NCBI RefSeq assembly: GCF_000143415.4 | Contig: NW_003314336.1 | Span: 361,296-425,295 of the forward strand | DNA length: 64,000 nt | Direction of reading: 5' to 3' | From: Selaginella moellendorffii | Taxonomy: Eukaryota > Plantae > Lycopodiophyta | Part shown: positions 61,555 to 64,000 of the stretch, piece by piece | Layout of the letters: the number at the start of each line of letters is the position of its first letter | Position numbering within the stretch: the stretch's first letter is position 1 | Notes under the pieces: generated by a model | Database searches by the model: none | What the model was told of the DNA's origin: nothing | What the model saw: only the letters and a program-made list of their open reading frames with translations | Made by a program: the position numbers and the translations under genes

Positions 61555-63181
61555 GAAAGAATGCTAAAAACGTTTGCAGAAAGGAGCAAAGCAAAGAAGC
61601 ACGTCGCTGGCTTTCGTCTACGTTGGAAAGGCAAGAATTTATATACCTCGAAACTTGATGGCCATTTCTAAAAGTTCTGTTGATGAGTAGTGAGGACCAT
61701 CCTGTGAAGGAACAGATATTAAGGAGTTTAGAGAAAAGGATTAGGAAAAAGGTGAAGAAAACATACATGAAGACGACGGCTGGGCTGTGGACTTATGAAG
61801 GATGTGTATCTGCCACATATTGCCATCTCCTTGAGTGCTCAACGTCTCCTAGACAAAACGCAAGCTTAGAACAGACTCAATAATGGAAGACTTTGGCTAT
61901 GACCACCACTACGCCCAAGAGCATCAAGGAAAAGCACTCAGCCCACCAGGGGACCATTCCCCGTTTGCACGTTGAGCAAGAGAAAAAGAAAGTGACCGTA
62001 AACTTCCTCGCATAGCCACAAATTCGTGTTATTCCCTGGGACCGTGATCGTATCCCTCACAAACACGACGTCGCTTCCTTTGTCGAGAGAATGTGACTCT
62101 GTGGACGGTGTACGCTTCCCACGTTGAGTGCCTGGTGGAAAGTGAAGGGGAAAAAAACGAAAAAAGAAAACTTCATCAGTCAGGCCCGTGCTCTAAACAA
62201 ATCCTGCAAGAGCAGCGTACTTTGCTGCTGAAGCCCAGAGAATAGCTAAGCATTCTGGCAAAACTAGTACTGAAAGAAATGTAAGTCCAGAGCATACAAT
62301 AATCCACACCATGCTCACCCAAAAAAGGCAAAGAAAAATATGTAAGAAAAATCGATAGAACTCAGTCAAGCACTCACCTGGCAAGAACTGTAGCAACATA
62401 CAACCGAACAACACCTCCAGCCATAAAGGAAGGAAAGAAGACAACGAAGCGCACGAGCAAAAGCTTATCAGAAGGTCGCATTACCGACGAATTGTCCGCG
62501 CCTGGAGCCTCTGAATCGCATCAACCTCGCGCGCTTGCACTGTGTTCCTCCAGCATCTAGCTGAGCTACGCTACTTTTCCCTTTCGCTAATGGAAACCCT
62601 AGGCCTGGATCGCGATCGCGCATCAAATCAACAAAAAAGAGAGGACAACAGCTCGCCGCGCATTGCGAATTGTGATCGCGGTCGCGCGACGCCTGCGCTT
62701 GCGCCAATCTCGCCAATCCCTAGCCCGCCATAGCCGTTTGAGAAGAAAAGGATATAAGAGGATATTCGAGAACTTTTAAAAACATTGCCCTATCTTCGGG
62801 CGGATATTCGCCAGGTTAATATGCCCGCGTTGCCCGTGTGAATCGAAGGAGGATAGATTCGTCCCATCCCCCGCGAGCGAGCGAGCGCGCCGGGACGAAG
62901 ATTGGGAAGGAATGAGCGATCACGCTCGCGATTGCGACGATGGCGTCGTCGCCCTGCCGCCCAGCGCGCGCTCCATCTCCGCGCGGCAGGGTTAGGGCTG
63001 CGAGAACGGAGAAGGAGGAGGAGGAAGCGCCAAGCCCTTCACGAAATCCAAGGTCAGGAAAGGATTTTCGTGGACTAGGGTTCCTAGGATCGCCATAGGG
63101 GCTTTGGCGCATTCCCTGTCTTTCGAATCCATCTCCAGCGGAAGAATTACCATCGCGGCAGAGTAATCTTCACTCGCAAGC

Positions 63182-64000
63182 ATGCTGATTCATGTGGCGG
63201 AGAATGGGCTCTCGTTTGAGCTGGATTGCCAGCCATCGACGAGCGTGGAGGACGTCCAGAGCTATCTCGTGTCGCTCACGGGTGTTCTCCAGCACGAGCA
63301 GCTCCTCATTGTGGGGGATACACGGCTGGAGCCGCACAGGTCTCTTGGGTCGTATCGCTTGCCATCGCAGGATCGAGCAGTGTTTCTCTTCAGCCGCCAC
63401 AAGCTCAGCCCAGATTGTCCCCCTCCACAGGCAGAGTTTGCGGAGAGATTTTCCGAGGCGCTGCGAGAGCCGCCGTGCCCTCCACAGCCGTCTTCCACTG
63501 CTGGGAATGGCCACCCTTTGGACGACTCGAGAGACCCGGCACTGCGAGCTCTACCTTCTTACGAGCGCCAGTTTAAGTTCCACCTCGACAAGGGTCGTGG
63601 GATCTTGAGCTCCAGCCAGAAGAAGTTTGAGGCGTGTAGAACTTTACACCGCGAGCAGCAAGTCCAGGAGATGGCGCTGGAGACGGCCAGAGCCAACATG
63701 GAGCACTACTACAAGATGATCGACCAGCTCTATCAGGAGTTCATGAAACACTTTACGAGGCAGCACCGGCAGCACTCGGAGCTGCTGGCCAACTTTGACA
63801 AAGATTTGGAGCGCCTTCGTCTCTGTAAGTTGCATCCAGCATTGAAATCCGAGAGCAGGAAGACGTTGATGGATTGTGTGAAGGAAAGCAGCCTCAAGAA
63901 GTGGGCGGAGGACTGTGCCTTGTCGCATAAGCAGTTCTTCGCCAAGGTGTCCCAGCTCAAGAACGAGTATGTGATCCTCCAGAGGAGTGTGGAGGATTTG
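63182..64000 (+). CDS. ATG11: Autophagy-related protein 11 (ATG11/FIP200-like), 5' part, runs off the window
   Basis: MLIHVAENGLSFELDC...QLLI...LEP...LPSQDRAVFLF, DPALRALPSYERQFKFH, KLHPAL. Open to the window end. Confidence 0.92.
   Translation, partial: MLIHVAENGLSFELDCQPSTSVEDVQSYLVSLTGVLQHEQLLIVGDTRLEPHRSLGSYRLPSQDRAVFLFSRHKLSPDCPPPQAEFAERFSEALREPPCPPQPSSTAGNGHPLDDSRDPALRALPSYERQFKFHLDKGRGILSSSQKKFEACRTLHREQQVQEMALETARANMEHYYKMIDQLYQEFMKHFTRQHRQHSELLANFDKDLERLRLCKLHPALKSESRKTLMDCVKESSLKKWAEDCALSHKQFFAKVSQLKNEYVILQRSVEDL

Noticed and set aside
61560-63160. Splice-like sites and short ORFs between NIP and ATG11
   Set aside because: No coherent coding model; likely UTR exons and promoters.

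Overview
Eukaryotic nuclear DNA from a very compact land-plant genome. Introns are mostly about 45-70 bp, coding regions are GC-rich, telo-boxes lie near many start codons, and there is a long intronless PLS-class PPR gene. This style best fits a lycophyte such as Selaginella (inference only). Positions 1-7960 are retroelement debris: two related LTR elements in inverted orientation, a gypsy integrase remnant, a probable copia gag/LTR remnant, and a direct-repeat-flanked block carrying a Cactin pseudogene fragment. From 7994 to the end there are about 26 tightly packed genes: ISU1, CCT6, DEMETER/ROS1-like, BPP-like, GFAT, a plastid Zn-ribbon protein, ACR, LEO1/VIP4, PPD3-like, nsLTP, PHAX-like, PPR-E, SPOC-MORC-CW, an unknown conserved protein, RBM19/MRD1, MED10, OSCA/ERD4, TIM50, BCAT, Mpv17, TMEM131-like, MGR2/ROMO1, TOM5, PP5, SYP13, WWE-ART, a NIP aquaporin, and the 5' end of ATG11. 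The best candidates for something new are: (1) a MORC ATPase with an N-terminal SPOC-like domain and a C-terminal CW finger, with a duplicated PPR tail sitting in its promoter region; (2) an intronless minimal WWE + PARP-like ADP-ribosyltransferase that keeps the NAD-binding His/Tyr residues; (3) tandem genes only 43-115 nt apart, which suggests overlapping or dicistronic transcription; (4) a DME-like glycosylase lacking the permuted CXXC cysteines; (5) a NIP with an N-N-A-R filter. All domain calls are by eye from motif recall, not from database searches.
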